From the NCBI GenBank assembly GCA_965233135.1, contig CBDDRM010000185.1, forward strand, positions 9,290 through 73,289: a stretch of 64,000 nt of DNA, read 5' to 3'. Position numbers and translations under genes: made by a program. This stretch comes from an uncultured bacterium (GTDB taxonomy: Bacteria; Pseudomonadota; Gammaproteobacteria; Burkholderiales; JACQAP01). The notes under the pieces were generated by a model. That model did not search any database. It was not told the origin of the DNA and worked only from the letters and a program-made list of their open reading frames with translations. This document shows positions 7,309-16,437 of the stretch, piece after piece (the first letter of the stretch is position 1; each line of letters starts with the position of its first letter).

Positions 7309-9723
7309 ATGGCAGACCAACCTGATTTGTTCGGTACCGGCGAAGTTGCCGTTGCCGAAAAGAAAGTCGCACCGAAACCGACGCCGCCCGCGAGCGCCGG
7401 TGGCAACGGCGGCGCGCTGCCGCCACATTTCGCGCCCATGTCGGGCGAGATGGGCGATTCGCTGCCTCTGGGCAAATACGCCTCGACGCAATATTTGCAG
7501 TATGCGATCGCGACGGTCAAGGATCGCGCATTGCCGCGAGTCGGGGACGGGCAGAAACCCGTGCAGGGCCGCATTCTGTATTCGATGTGGACCAACAATA
7601 CACGCGCGGGCGCCAAGCGTACCAAATCGGCGGCCGTCGTCGGCGAAGTGCTGGGAAAACTGCATCCGCATGGAGACCAGTCTGTCTACGACGCGCTCGT
7701 GCGTCTGGCGCAGGATTTCACCATGCGCTATCCGCTGATCGATGGCGAAGGAAATTTCGGCTCGCGTGACGGCGACGAGGCGGCCGCGTACCGATACACG
7801 GAGGCTCGGCTCACCAAGTTCGCGGAAGTGCTGCTGGCGGAACTCGACATGGGCACGGTCGATTTCATTGCGAACTACGACGGCACGCGCGAGGAGCCAA
7901 CCATTCTGCCGGCGCGACTGCCGGTGGTGTTGCTCAACGGCGCTTCGGGCATTGCGGTGGGCATGGCCACGGAGATTCCCAGCCACAATCTGAATGAAGT
8001 GGCTGCGGCCGCAATTGCAATGATTCGAGATCCGGATCTGAGCATCGCGGGACTCATGAAATTCATGAAGGGGCCGGATTTCCCCGGCGGCGCGCAAATC
8101 ATCACTCCGCGCGCAGAACTCAAGGAAGCGTACACCACGGGCCGCGGCGCCGTGCGCGTGCGCGCGCGCTGGAATATCGAGCGCCTGGCGCGCGGCCAGT
8201 GGCAGATGGTCGTGCACGAACTGCCGCCCGGGACGTCGGCAAAAAAAGTTCTGGAAGAAATCGATTCCATCACCAATCCGCAGAACAAACCCGGCAAGAA
8301 ATCGCTGACGCCGGAGCAGGTGCGCGAAAAGCAGTTGATGCTCTCTATGCTGGACAAGGCGCGCGACGAATCCGACCGCACGCATCCAGTGCGGCTGGTA
8401 TTCGAACCCAAGACTTCGCGCGTCGATGAAACCGAGTTCATCAACTTGCTGCTGGCCAAGACCGGCATGGAAGGCAACGTCCCGATCAACCTGGTGATGG
8501 TCGGCCTCGACGGGCGGCCAACCGGCAAGAATCTGCGCGACATCATCGCGGAGTGGATTCGATTTCGATTCGAAACGGTGACACGACGCACGCGCCACCG
8601 CCTCTCCCAGGTGCTCGACCGCATCCACGTGCTCGAAGGCCGCATGATCGTGCTGCTCAATGTGGACAAGGTCATCCGCATCATCCGCAATGCGGATGAT
8701 CCGAAAGCCGAGCTGATCAAGGCGTTCCGGCTTTCCGAGCGCCAGGTCGACGATATTCTCGACATTCGCCTGCGCCAGCTCGCCCGGCTGGAGCACATCA
8801 AGATCGAGCAGGAACTCAAGGATTTGCAGAAGGAACAAAAAGGGCTCGAGAAAATTCTCAAAGACGCGAAGGCACTTGCGGAACTGGTGATCAGCGAGAT
8901 CGAGCAAGACGTCAAGACCTTTGGCGACAAGCGGCGCACGCGCATCGAAGAATCGGAGAAAGCGGCGATCGAAACACCGGTCATCGACGAACCAGTCACC
9001 GTGATTTTCTCGAAAAAAGGCTGGGTGCGCGCGCGCCAGGGATGGGAAGTGGAGGCCGCTTCGCTGTCGTTCAAGGAAGGCGACAGCCTCATGTCGCTGA
9101 TCCGGTGCCGCACTGTGGATCCGGTCGTTTTCCTTGATTCCAAAGGTCGGGCCTACACGGTCGAGGCCGGGCAACTGCCACCGGCGCGCGGCGATGGCGC
9201 GCCGGCATCGTCGCTGGTGGAGGTGCAGGATGGTGCCCACATTCTCTATTGCCTCAGCGGCAAGCCTGAGACGAAGGTGCTGGTGGCCTCGACAGCGGGC
9301 TATGGTTTCCTGTCGAGCGTCGGCGACATGATCTCCAATCGCAAGGCGGGTCGTGAGTTCATGGCCGTGGACGCGGGGTTCGCACCGCTGCCGCCGTTCA
9401 TTTACAAGAGCGAACCAGGCAACTATGTCGCGGCCTTGTCGGAAGGCGGGCGCCTGCTGCTGTTCGCCCTGGACGAACTCAAAGTGCTGGCCAGGGGCCG
9501 TGGCATGATCATCATGGGACTCGACGAGGGCGAGAAGCTCGCTGCAGTCGCTGTTTCCAACAAACAGTCGCTGACCATCACCGGCATCGGTCAGCGCACC
9601 GGCAAGGAAAAGCCCCTCACGCTTTCCGGGGCGAAGCTCGCGCATCACATTCTCAAGCGCGCGCGCATGGGCCGGGTGCTTCCTGAAAAACTGAAAATGC
9701 CGTTCGGAATCGCGGTAGAGTAA
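7309..9723 (+). CDS. parC: DNA topoisomerase IV subunit A
   Basis: GyrA/ParC N-terminal domain motifs are present (YAIATVKDRALP, DGQKPVQ, HPHGDQSVYDALVRLAQ, AAAYRYTEARL with the catalytic Tyr context). It is paired with parE. The start is taken at MADQPDLF. A ~45-aa low-complexity N-terminal extension precedes the conserved core. Confidence 0.92.
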   Translation: MADQPDLFGTGEVAVAEKKVAPKPTPPASAGGNGGALPPHFAPMSGEMGDSLPLGKYASTQYLQYAIATVKDRALPRVGDGQKPVQGRILYSMWTNNTRAGAKRTKSAAVVGEVLGKLHPHGDQSVYDALVRLAQDFTMRYPLIDGEGNFGSRDGDEAAAYRYTEARLTKFAEVLLAELDMGTVDFIANYDGTREEPTILPARLPVVLLNGASGIAVGMATEIPSHNLNEVAAAAIAMIRDPDLSIAGLMKFMKGPDFPGGAQIITPRAELKEAYTTGRGAVRVRARWNIERLARGQWQMVVHELPPGTSAKKVLEEIDSITNPQNKPGKKSLTPEQVREKQLMLSMLDKARDESDRTHPVRLVFEPKTSRVDETEFINLLLAKTGMEGNVPINLVMVGLDGRPTGKNLRDIIAEWIRFRFETVTRRTRHRLSQVLDRIHVLEGRMIVLLNVDKVIRIIRNADDPKAELIKAFRLSERQVDDILDIRLRQLARLEHIKIEQELKDLQKEQKGLEKILKDAKALAELVISEIEQDVKTFGDKRRTRIEESEKAAIETPVIDEPVTVIFSKKGWVRARQGWEVEAASLSFKEGDSLMSLIRCRTVDPVVFLDSKGRAYTVEAGQLPPARGDGAPASSLVEVQDGAHILYCLSGKPETKVLVASTAGYGFLSSVGDMISNRKAGREFMAVDAGFAPLPPFIYKSEPGNYVAALSEGGRLLLFALDELKVLARGRGMIIMGLDEGEKLAAVAVSNKQSLTITGIGQRTGKEKPLTLSGAKLAHHILKRARMGRVLPEKLKMPFGIAVE

Positions 9724-9757
9724 CCGGCAGGGAATCAACTCCAGGCTTGACAAAGGG

Positions 9758-9780
9758 GAGGGGCGCGTCGCGCCCCTCTT
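9758..9780 (+). terminator. GC-rich hairpin after parC (weak intrinsic terminator candidate)
   Basis: Inverted repeat GAGGGGCGCG / CGCGCCCCTC followed by TT. The T-tract is poor, so function is uncertain. Confidence 0.35.
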
Positions 9781-9825
9781 GCATTGCAGACAATCGCAAC
9801 AAAAATCCTCGCGATCGGAGACCTC

Positions 9826-10746
9826 ATGAAAGCAGACAACATTCTCGCGACCATCGGCAACACGCCGCACATTCGCATCAACCGCCTGTTCGGCAAAGGC
9901 GCCAATGTGTGGATCAAGTCCGAGCGTGCCAATCCTGGCGGTTCGATCAAGGACCGCATTGCGCTGTCCATGATCGAGGATGCCGAAAAGAGCGGCAAGT
10001 TGAAGCCCGGCGGAACCATCATCGAACCCACTTCAGGCAATACCGGCATCGGCCTTGCCCTGGTGGGCGCGGTCAAGGGCTACACGGTCGTTCTGGTCAT
10101 GCCCGACAGCATGTCGGTTGAGCGCCGCCGGCTGATGCTTGCATATGGCGCCAAATTTGAACTCACGCCGCGCGAGAAAGGCATCAACGGCTCCATCGCG
10201 CGGGCGCAGGAACTCGTTGCGCAGACGCCCGGATCCTGGATGCCACAACAGTTCGAGAACCCCTCCAACGTCGAGGTGCACGCGCGCACAACGGCGCAGG
10301 AGATCATCGCTGATTTTGCACAGGGACTCGATGCGCTCATTACCGGCGTGGGCACGGGCGGGCACATCACCGGCTGCGCACAGGTGCTCAAAAAAACGTG
10401 GCCGAAGCTGAAGGTCTACGCCGTCGAGCCTGCGGCCTCTCCGGTCATCTCCGGCGGAAAACATACCCCGCATCCGTTGCAGGGCATCGGTGCCGGCTTC
10501 ATTCCGAAGGTGCTCGATACGACATTGCTGGATGGCACCATTCTGGTCGAAGCCGAGGCGGCGAAGGAGATGGCGCGCCGCGCCGCGCGCGAAGAGGGCA
10601 TGCTCATCGGGCTGTCCTCCGGAGCCACGCTTGCCGCCATCGCGCAAAAACTTCCCGACCTGGGGACAGGGGCGAGGGTGATCGGTTTCAACTACGATAC
10701 CGGCGAACGCTATCTTTCCGTCGAGGGCTTCTTGCCCGCGGAATAG
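9826..10746 (+). CDS. cysK: Cysteine synthase A (O-acetylserine sulfhydrylase)
   Basis: [22 protein letters not shown] (PLP lysine context) and [12 protein letters not shown] motifs. About 306 aa from MKADNIL. Confidence 0.9.
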   Translation: MKADNILATIGNTPHIRINRLFGKGANVWIKSERANPGGSIKDRIALSMIEDAEKSGKLKPGGTIIEPTSGNTGIGLALVGAVKGYTVVLVMPDSMSVERRRLMLAYGAKFELTPREKGINGSIARAQELVAQTPGSWMPQQFENPSNVEVHARTTAQEIIADFAQGLDALITGVGTGGHITGCAQVLKKTWPKLKVYAVEPAASPVISGGKHTPHPLQGIGAGFIPKVLDTTLLDGTILVEAEAAKEMARRAAREEGMLIGLSSGATLAAIAQKLPDLGTGARVIGFNYDTGERYLSVEGFLPAE

Positions 10747-10796
10747 CGCTGATATCGAACGCTGCCTGCTGCGCCCCAGCCCGCCGCATTGACTTT

Positions 10797-12305
10797 CTAG
10801 ACGGACGTTGCGAGTTCTTCGTTGCTCAGCGCCGCCGGCATCAGCCATCGGTCGAGTATTTCGAAACTGCCATGCACCAGCAGTGCCAACGCCGCCGCGG
10901 GCACCGCGCCGGCCAGCAAGGTGGCGTTGTCGTTGAGCGCAAGACCCTGTGCGATGCGTTCGCCGAAACCGCCGGCGCCGATGAAGGCGGCGATGGTCGC
11001 GGTGCCGACATTGATCACCGCGGAAGTTTTTACGCCCGCCAGAATGGTGCGTGACGCCAGCGGCAACTCGATGACCCGCAAGCGATAGGCGGGCGTCAGA
11101 CCGAGTGCCAGCGCCGACTCGCGCAAGCCCGGTGCGATGTCCGCCAGACCGGCATGGGTGTTGCGCACAATGGGCAACAAGGCATAGAGGAACAACGCGA
11201 CGAGAGCGGGAATCGTGCCGATCTTTCCGAAAAGCGGGATCAGGAAGGCGAACAGCGCCAGCGAGGGCACGGTCTGGATCAGGCCCACGGAGGACAACAC
11301 CCATTGCCTCGCCGCCGGCACGCGATAGGCGACGATGCCCAGCGGAATGCCGATCGCCACTGCAACCAGCAGAGAAACACCCACCAGCATCACATGTTCG
11401 AACGCAAGGCGCGCGAAGTCCGGCGCGAACAGACGAGCGACGAAATCTGCGGGCCGCGACGGGTCTTGCTGTTCGCCGAGAAATCCCCTGGCCACATCGG
11501 TGAAGCTCCGCGCGTTGAGTTCCGCTTCGGCGTTCAGCGCGATCATGCGCTGCTCATCGAGCGCGCCGCGCAATGTCGCCAGCGCGTTCCATGTGCGCGG
11601 CAGCCGTTGCGGCAAGTCCGCGCGATAGAGCAGCACGGCGTCGTACACGGGAAAGAAATGCCTGTCGTCCGTGAGCACGCGCAAGTTGTAACGACCTATT
11701 TTCGCATCCGTGGTGTATGCGTCGATGACATCGATTTGCGATGCATCGATGGCCTCGTACGCGAGGCCATGTTCCAGGCCGCGCGGCGTTGCGTGCGGCA
11801 AGCCATAAGCCTTCTTCAGCCCCGGCCAACCGTCGGCGCGACCGATGAACTCCTGAGACAGGCCGAGGACGATCTGCGGATGCGCCGCGAGATCCGAGAT
11901 GGTCCTGATGCCCAGCGCCTGCGCGTGATCTTCGCGCATGGCGAGCGCATACGTATTGTTGAATCCGAGCGGCACACCGGCCGCCAGCCCGAGGGGCCCC
12001 AATGCGGCATTCAGACCGTCGAGATCGAGCGGGCGCGTGCTTTTGATGATCTCGCGCTCGATGGTGCCCGTATACTCGGGGTAGACATCGATCTCGCCGT
12101 TCTTCAGAGCGGCATAGACGATGCCGGTATTGCCCAAGCCTGGGCGGTGCGCCGCTTGCGCTTCGCCAGCTTGCTGCGCGGTCAGGGTAACGATCTCGCC
12201 GAGAATATAGGACTCGGTGAATCTTTTCGATCCAACGGTCAGCGTCTCGGCGGCAGTGACATGGCCGTGCATGGTCAGGGCAACAGCCACCAGCAGCGCT
12301 TTCAA
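10797..12305 (-). CDS. Osmoprotectant (glycine betaine/choline-type) ABC transporter, fused substrate-binding domain (N-terminal) and permease (C-terminal)
   Basis: Signal peptide MKALLVAVALTMHGHVTAAE, then an OpuBC/OsmF-like binding domain (TVGSKRFTESYILGEI, YPEYTGT), then a polytopic permease with an EAA-like loop (ESALALGLTPAYRLRVIELPLA). Confidence 0.85.
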   Translation of the reverse strand: MKALLVAVALTMHGHVTAAETLTVGSKRFTESYILGEIVTLTAQQAGEAQAAHRPGLGNTGIVYAALKNGEIDVYPEYTGTIEREIIKSTRPLDLDGLNAALGPLGLAAGVPLGFNNTYALAMREDHAQALGIRTISDLAAHPQIVLGLSQEFIGRADGWPGLKKAYGLPHATPRGLEHGLAYEAIDASQIDVIDAYTTDAKIGRYNLRVLTDDRHFFPVYDAVLLYRADLPQRLPRTWNALATLRGALDEQRMIALNAEAELNARSFTDVARGFLGEQQDPSRPADFVARLFAPDFARLAFEHVMLVGVSLLVAVAIGIPLGIVAYRVPAARQWVLSSVGLIQTVPSLALFAFLIPLFGKIGTIPALVALFLYALLPIVRNTHAGLADIAPGLRESALALGLTPAYRLRVIELPLASRTILAGVKTSAVINVGTATIAAFIGAGGFGERIAQGLALNDNATLLAGAVPAAALALLVHGSFEILDRWLMPAALSNEELATSV

Positions 12306-13051
12306 GCAGGCCTCTCCAATTGTGCGAACGGCGAGCGCTGCGCTGAGATGAACTCAGTGACATAATCGTCCATCGGACGCTTCAGCAGATCGTCCAGTGT
12401 TCCGCGTTGCACCATCTTTCCCGCACGCATCAATACCATTTCTCCGGCGAAATGCGCCGCTTCACCCATGTCGTGGGTCACCATGATTACCGTCTTGCCC
12501 AGGCGTGAGAAAATGTTTTTCAAGTCCCGCTGCAAGGCGTGCCGCGTGATCGGGTCGAGCGCGCCGAGGGGTTCGTCGAGCAACAGCAGCGCGGGATCAA
12601 GCATCAGTGCGCGCATCAATGCAACGCGCTGGCGTTGTCCACCGGACAGTTCGTAAGTATGGCGTGACAACAGCGCGGGCGGTAAGGCCACCAGTTCACA
12701 GAGCTCGTCAAGCCGCTTGCGGATCTGCGGTTCCGGCCGATTCAGTGAGCGAGCCACCAGCGCGACATTGGCGCCGGCGCTAAGGTGCGGGAACAATCCG
12801 CCTTCCTGAATGACGTAGCCCATGCGCAGCCGCAGATCACGCACGTTGGCATGCTGCATCAGTTCACCGCCGAAGCTTACGCGACCACTGTCCGGAATCA
12901 CCAGACCCGCCAGCAGGCGCAACACGGTCGATTTGCCGCAACCGCTGGGCCCGATCAGCACGCAGGTTGTGCCGTTTTCGAATTCGAGAGACAGCGGCTC
13001 CAGTGTGAAGCGCGGGCTCAGTGTTACGGTAACTTTGTCGAGGCGTATCAT
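12302..13051 (-). CDS. ABC transporter ATP-binding protein (partner of the fused permease)
   Basis: Walker A GPSGCGKST, signature LSGGQRQRVALMRAL and Walker B LLLDEP. Its stop overlaps the permease start (ATGA-type 4-nt overlap). The start is taken at MIRLDKV. At ~249 aa it has no C-terminal CBS tandem as in ProV/OpuAA. Confidence 0.88.
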   Translation of the reverse strand: MIRLDKVTVTLSPRFTLEPLSLEFENGTTCVLIGPSGCGKSTVLRLLAGLVIPDSGRVSFGGELMQHANVRDLRLRMGYVIQEGGLFPHLSAGANVALVARSLNRPEPQIRKRLDELCELVALPPALLSRHTYELSGGQRQRVALMRALMLDPALLLLDEPLGALDPITRHALQRDLKNIFSRLGKTVIMVTHDMGEAAHFAGEMVLMRAGKMVQRGTLDDLLKRPMDDYVTEFISAQRSPFAQLERPA

Positions 13052-13189
13052 CGGCTGCCGGCAGTGTATGCTGCGCCCCCAAAGCGGGCAAGGCGTGCCG
13101 CGCACCCCGGATAGCCAGGAGCGCCATGAAGGCGGCATAATGGACGCCACTCATTTATCGTAAGGCAGTCTGAGGGATACGGACAAGAC

Positions 13190-13630
13190 ATGCAGCCCGC
13201 ACTCGCCTGGCTTCTGGCCGGCCTTCTGCTCGTCGTCGTCGAATTGATGACCGGCACCTTTTATCTTCTGATCCTCGGCATTGCGGCCGGGATCGGTTCC
13301 GTGATCGCGTTCGCGGGTCAGCCGTTCTGGATGCAGGCCCTGATGGCCGCGATTGCCGCCATCGTCGGAGGCGTGCTGGTGAACCGCTATCACCGCGCAG
13401 CGAACGCCAGCTCGCCGAAAGACATATCCAACGACATCGGGGAACGCGCCACGATCGAAAGCTGGATCAGCGAACCGCAACGGCTCGCTCGGGCGAGATA
13501 TCGCGGCACCATCTGGGATGCAGAGGTACTTGGCTCGGATCGCATCGAGCCGGGCACGCTGCTGTACGTAGTGGCCACGCACGGCAGCCGTCTCGAGTTG
13601 TCCACCGCGCGTCCGGCCGACCGACAATAA
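13190..13630 (+). CDS. NfeD-family membrane protein (short form)
   Basis: 146 aa with two to three N-terminal TM helices and a C-terminal OB-like soluble domain. It lies immediately upstream of an SPFH gene, which is the classical NfeD-SPFH pairing. Confidence 0.8.
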   Translation: MQPALAWLLAGLLLVVVELMTGTFYLLILGIAAGIGSVIAFAGQPFWMQALMAAIAAIVGGVLVNRYHRAANASSPKDISNDIGERATIESWISEPQRLARARYRGTIWDAEVLGSDRIEPGTLLYVVATHGSRLELSTARPADRQ

Positions 13631-13652
13631 TTACGACAACAAAGGGGTATCC

Positions 13653-14660
13653 ATGGGTGCAAAGCTCATCGCAGCGGTCATCCTTAGCGCCATCATCTTC
13701 ATGTATCCGCCGACGCAGGGCTATGCCGTTCCATTCTTCGTCCTGGCTCTCGCCGTGGTGTTCGTCATCGAGGGCATCAAGGTCGTGCCACAGCAGAATG
13801 CATGGGTAGTGGAAAGGCTCGGCAAGTTCAACGCCATCCTCGAACCGGGGCTCAACTTCATCGTGCCTTTCATCGATCGTGTTGCCTACCGGCATTCGCT
13901 CAAGGAAGTGCCGCTCGACGTGCCCGAGCAGGTCTGCATCACCAAGGACAACACGCAGCTGTCCGTGGACGGCATCATCTACTACCAGGTGACCGATCCG
14001 CGACTGGCGAGCTACGGCACGTCGAATTACGTGTTCGCCATTACGCAACTCGCACAGACCACGCTGCGCAGCGAAGTCGGCAAAATGGAGCTCGACAAAA
14101 CCTTCGAAAGCCGCGATGAGATGAACAGGCAGGTCGTGTCGGTGCTCGACGAAGCCGGGCGCACGTGGGGTGTGAAAGTGCTGCGATACGAAATCAAGAA
14201 CCTGACGCCGCCGGAGGCGATCCTGCGTTCGATGCAGGCGCAGATCACCGCGGAGCGCGAAAAACGCGCATTGATCGCCAAGTCCGAAGGCCAGCGCCAG
14301 GAGGAGATCAACCTTGCCGACGGCGAGAAGCAGGCCAAGATTCTATCTTCCGAAGGCGACAAGACGGCGCAGATCAACAAGGCCCAGGGCGAAGCGGGTG
14401 CAATCAAGATGATTGCCGAAGCCCAGGCTGAGGCGGTGCGGGTTGTCGGTGCGGCGATTGGCACGACAGAAGGACTCAGTGCCGCCAACCTCAAAGTCGC
14501 CGAGCTGTACGTCGCAGCGTTCAAGGAACTGGCGAAGGCCAACAACACGCTGATCATTCCTTCGAATCTCAGCGATGCGGCAAGCTTCGTGGCGAGCGCA
14601 ATGACCGTGCTGGACCGGGCAAAGCTCGGCGTGGAAGGACACAAAGCCGTGAGGACCTGA
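13653..14660 (+). CDS. SPFH/band-7 (stomatin-prohibitin, QmcA-like) membrane protein
   Basis: N-terminal TM, then IKVVPQQNAWVVERLGKF...ITKDN....DG.IYYQV and a coiled-coil tail rich in A/E/Q/K. Confidence 0.9.
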   Translation: MGAKLIAAVILSAIIFMYPPTQGYAVPFFVLALAVVFVIEGIKVVPQQNAWVVERLGKFNAILEPGLNFIVPFIDRVAYRHSLKEVPLDVPEQVCITKDNTQLSVDGIIYYQVTDPRLASYGTSNYVFAITQLAQTTLRSEVGKMELDKTFESRDEMNRQVVSVLDEAGRTWGVKVLRYEIKNLTPPEAILRSMQAQITAEREKRALIAKSEGQRQEEINLADGEKQAKILSSEGDKTAQINKAQGEAGAIKMIAEAQAEAVRVVGAAIGTTEGLSAANLKVAELYVAAFKELAKANNTLIIPSNLSDAASFVASAMTVLDRAKLGVEGHKAVRT

Positions 14661-14749
14661 TGGCGGGTCGCCGGCAGTCCGGTCGCGTTGTTCGGTGCTG
14701 CGACGGTATTGGCCCATGAGCAGCACGGGCCCGGGCCGGGTTGTAACCG

Positions 14750-15379
14750 ATGCGCCGTAACCGTTCGGTGCCGCTCGCGCTTTTCGCGCTGCTCGCGCTG
14801 CTGTGGGGGTGCGCACAACAACCGCCACGCGCCGGCGCCACCGATGTTTCCGTAGTGGTATTGCCCAGGCCCGATGGCCACGTCGGAGCCGTGGTAGTGC
14901 GCCCGCTTGACGGGGGCAAGCCGGTGCTGATCGACAAGCCTTATGTCGAGGCGCGCATGAGCGACAACACAACTGTGCGAAAAGCGTCCATCGATCGCAA
15001 GCAAGTAGATCTGGCCTATGCCAGGACGCTGATTGCCCTGCCTGCTGCACCGACCACGTATCTGGTCTACTTCGTGGAAGGCACGGAGGAACTCAAACCC
15101 GACGCTAAACGCACGATCGACAAAGTGATGGCCGAACTCGGCACCCGCCCCGCGGCCGAGCTCGCCGTCGTGGGTCATACCGATTTTGTCGGCAGCGACC
15201 AGTACAACGACACGCTGTCCCTGCGCCGCGCGCTGCGGGTCAAGGAATTGCTCGCCCGGCGTGGCGTCCCCGCGATGTCAATCCAGGCGGCGGGCCGTGG
15301 CAAGCGCGAGCCGCTGGTCAGGACCTCGGACGATGTTGCCGAACTTCGCAACCGGCGCGTGGAGATCATCGTGCGCTAA
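14750..15379 (+). CDS. OmpA-family lipoprotein (peptidoglycan-binding C-terminal domain)
   Basis: Lipobox LALLWGC. The C-terminal OmpA motif is VVGHTDFVGSDQYNDTLSLRRALRVKELL...NRRVEIIV. Confidence 0.85.
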   Translation: MRRNRSVPLALFALLALLWGCAQQPPRAGATDVSVVVLPRPDGHVGAVVVRPLDGGKPVLIDKPYVEARMSDNTTVRKASIDRKQVDLAYARTLIALPAAPTTYLVYFVEGTEELKPDAKRTIDKVMAELGTRPAAELAVVGHTDFVGSDQYNDTLSLRRALRVKELLARRGVPAMSIQAAGRGKREPLVRTSDDVAELRNRRVEIIVR

Positions 15380-15457
15380 GCCATCGCCGCAATCAGAAGT
15401 CGGGATACAGCTCGCAGACAGCGCGAAAGTATGCAGTCGCGCGACCCTCGCCAACGG

Positions 15458-16000
15458 TTACTGTCGCGTCTTGGGCGCGTGCGACTGGTTCGGTGAATTG
15501 ATGCTCTTCGTTATGCGTATCAGAAAAGCGGCCTCAGGGTGACAGTTCGTCTGCCATCCCAATTTTCGCGCCAGCGCGCGCATGGGCTGGTTCTCGGCGA
15601 GCACATCGGCGTGGAAATACGCTATCGCGTGGTCGCCTGCAATGGTCGTGATATTGCTCAACAATTGCGTGCCCAGGCCCTGGCGTTGCCAGGCGTCCGC
15701 CACCACCAGCGCGACTTCACCGCCATCCGCAGTCGCATCCGCCGCATACTGCACCAAGCCGACGATGCTGCCCGCGCTCGTTTGCGCCACCAACGCCGCT
15801 GCGCGCCCGCTTTGGGGGTGTACGAACCGGTGGAGCAAAGCGTCCGGCAGTTCCCGAATGCCCATCATGAAACGGGCAAAACGGCTTTCGGCAGACAGGC
15901 CGCGAATGAATCGCTGCAACTCGGTGGCGTCCCGCGGCCGGACCGGACGGATCCGGCACGTGCGCGCGCTGCGCAAGGCCTGCGCCTGAATTAGCTGCAC
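15458..16000 (-). CDS. GNAT-family N-acetyltransferase (resembles the GNAT domain of Pat-type protein acetyltransferases)
   Basis: IRPVRPRDATELQRFIRGLSAESRFARF and an acetyl-CoA-binding segment VADAWQRQGLGTQLL. The proposed GTG start at 16000 overlaps the stop of the upstream DUF2917-like gene. The longer 16210 ORF start would overlap that gene. Confidence 0.72.
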   Translation of the reverse strand: MQLIQAQALRSARTCRIRPVRPRDATELQRFIRGLSAESRFARFMMGIRELPDALLHRFVHPQSGRAAALVAQTSAGSIVGLVQYAADATADGGEVALVVADAWQRQGLGTQLLSNITTIAGDHAIAYFHADVLAENQPMRALARKLGWQTNCHPEAAFLIRITKSINSPNQSHAPKTRQ

Positions 16001-16296
16001 GCGACCGATTCCGTCAGGCGCGCGCCGGCGCGCTGTTGCCGTTGCACCCTCGGGTGCGGCGCCGCCGGTGCGAGAATTGACAGGGATGCGGTTCCGAGAG
16101 CGCCGATCAAGGTTCGGCCGGGCTTGCGAATGATGAGCGATTCGCCAGCGCCGACGATCGCGTCCTTCAGGTCGCCTTCCTGCGTGATCCAAAGCGTGCC
16201 AGCACGACATAGTACGCGCGTGCCGGCGCCGTCTTGCACCGCAAGCAGGCTATTCGGGGTGAGGGTAAGGGTCGAAGAACCGATATCGATCTGCAT
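15991..16296 (-). CDS. Small conserved protein, DUF2917-like (assignment from memory)
   Basis: ATG at 16296 is preceded by AAGGAGG. The product MQIDIGSSTLTL...LWITQEGDLKDAIV matches my recollection of DUF2917 proteins, which are typically divergent from a LysR gene, as here. Confidence 0.6.
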   Translation of the reverse strand: MQIDIGSSTLTLTPNSLLAVQDGAGTRVLCRAGTLWITQEGDLKDAIVGAGESLIIRKPGRTLIGALGTASLSILAPAAPHPRVQRQQRAGARLTESVACS

Positions 16297-16437
16297 GTGG
16301 CCTCCTTGATACGAGAAATGCCGGAATCCTCCGTTGACCTGCCGGACATTCCGGTAAATCATTACGCAGATGACATTGTCCGTGGCGTGTGCCAGAGAAC
16401 AAACGACATTTTGGAATGTTTCGCATGAGCCACACGC

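Noticed and set aside
7270-9870. 866-aa ORF antisense to parC. Similar long antisense or out-of-frame ORFs occur elsewhere, for example 48176-49828, 10033-11304, 36118-37437, 32394-33914, 58527-59905, 60766-62154 and 11154-12365.
   Set aside because: - Long stop-free antisense frames are expected in GC-rich DNA.
- Their translations are Arg/Ala/Gly/His-rich low-complexity strings with no recognisable motifs.
- The opposite strand encodes clearly recognisable proteins in every case.
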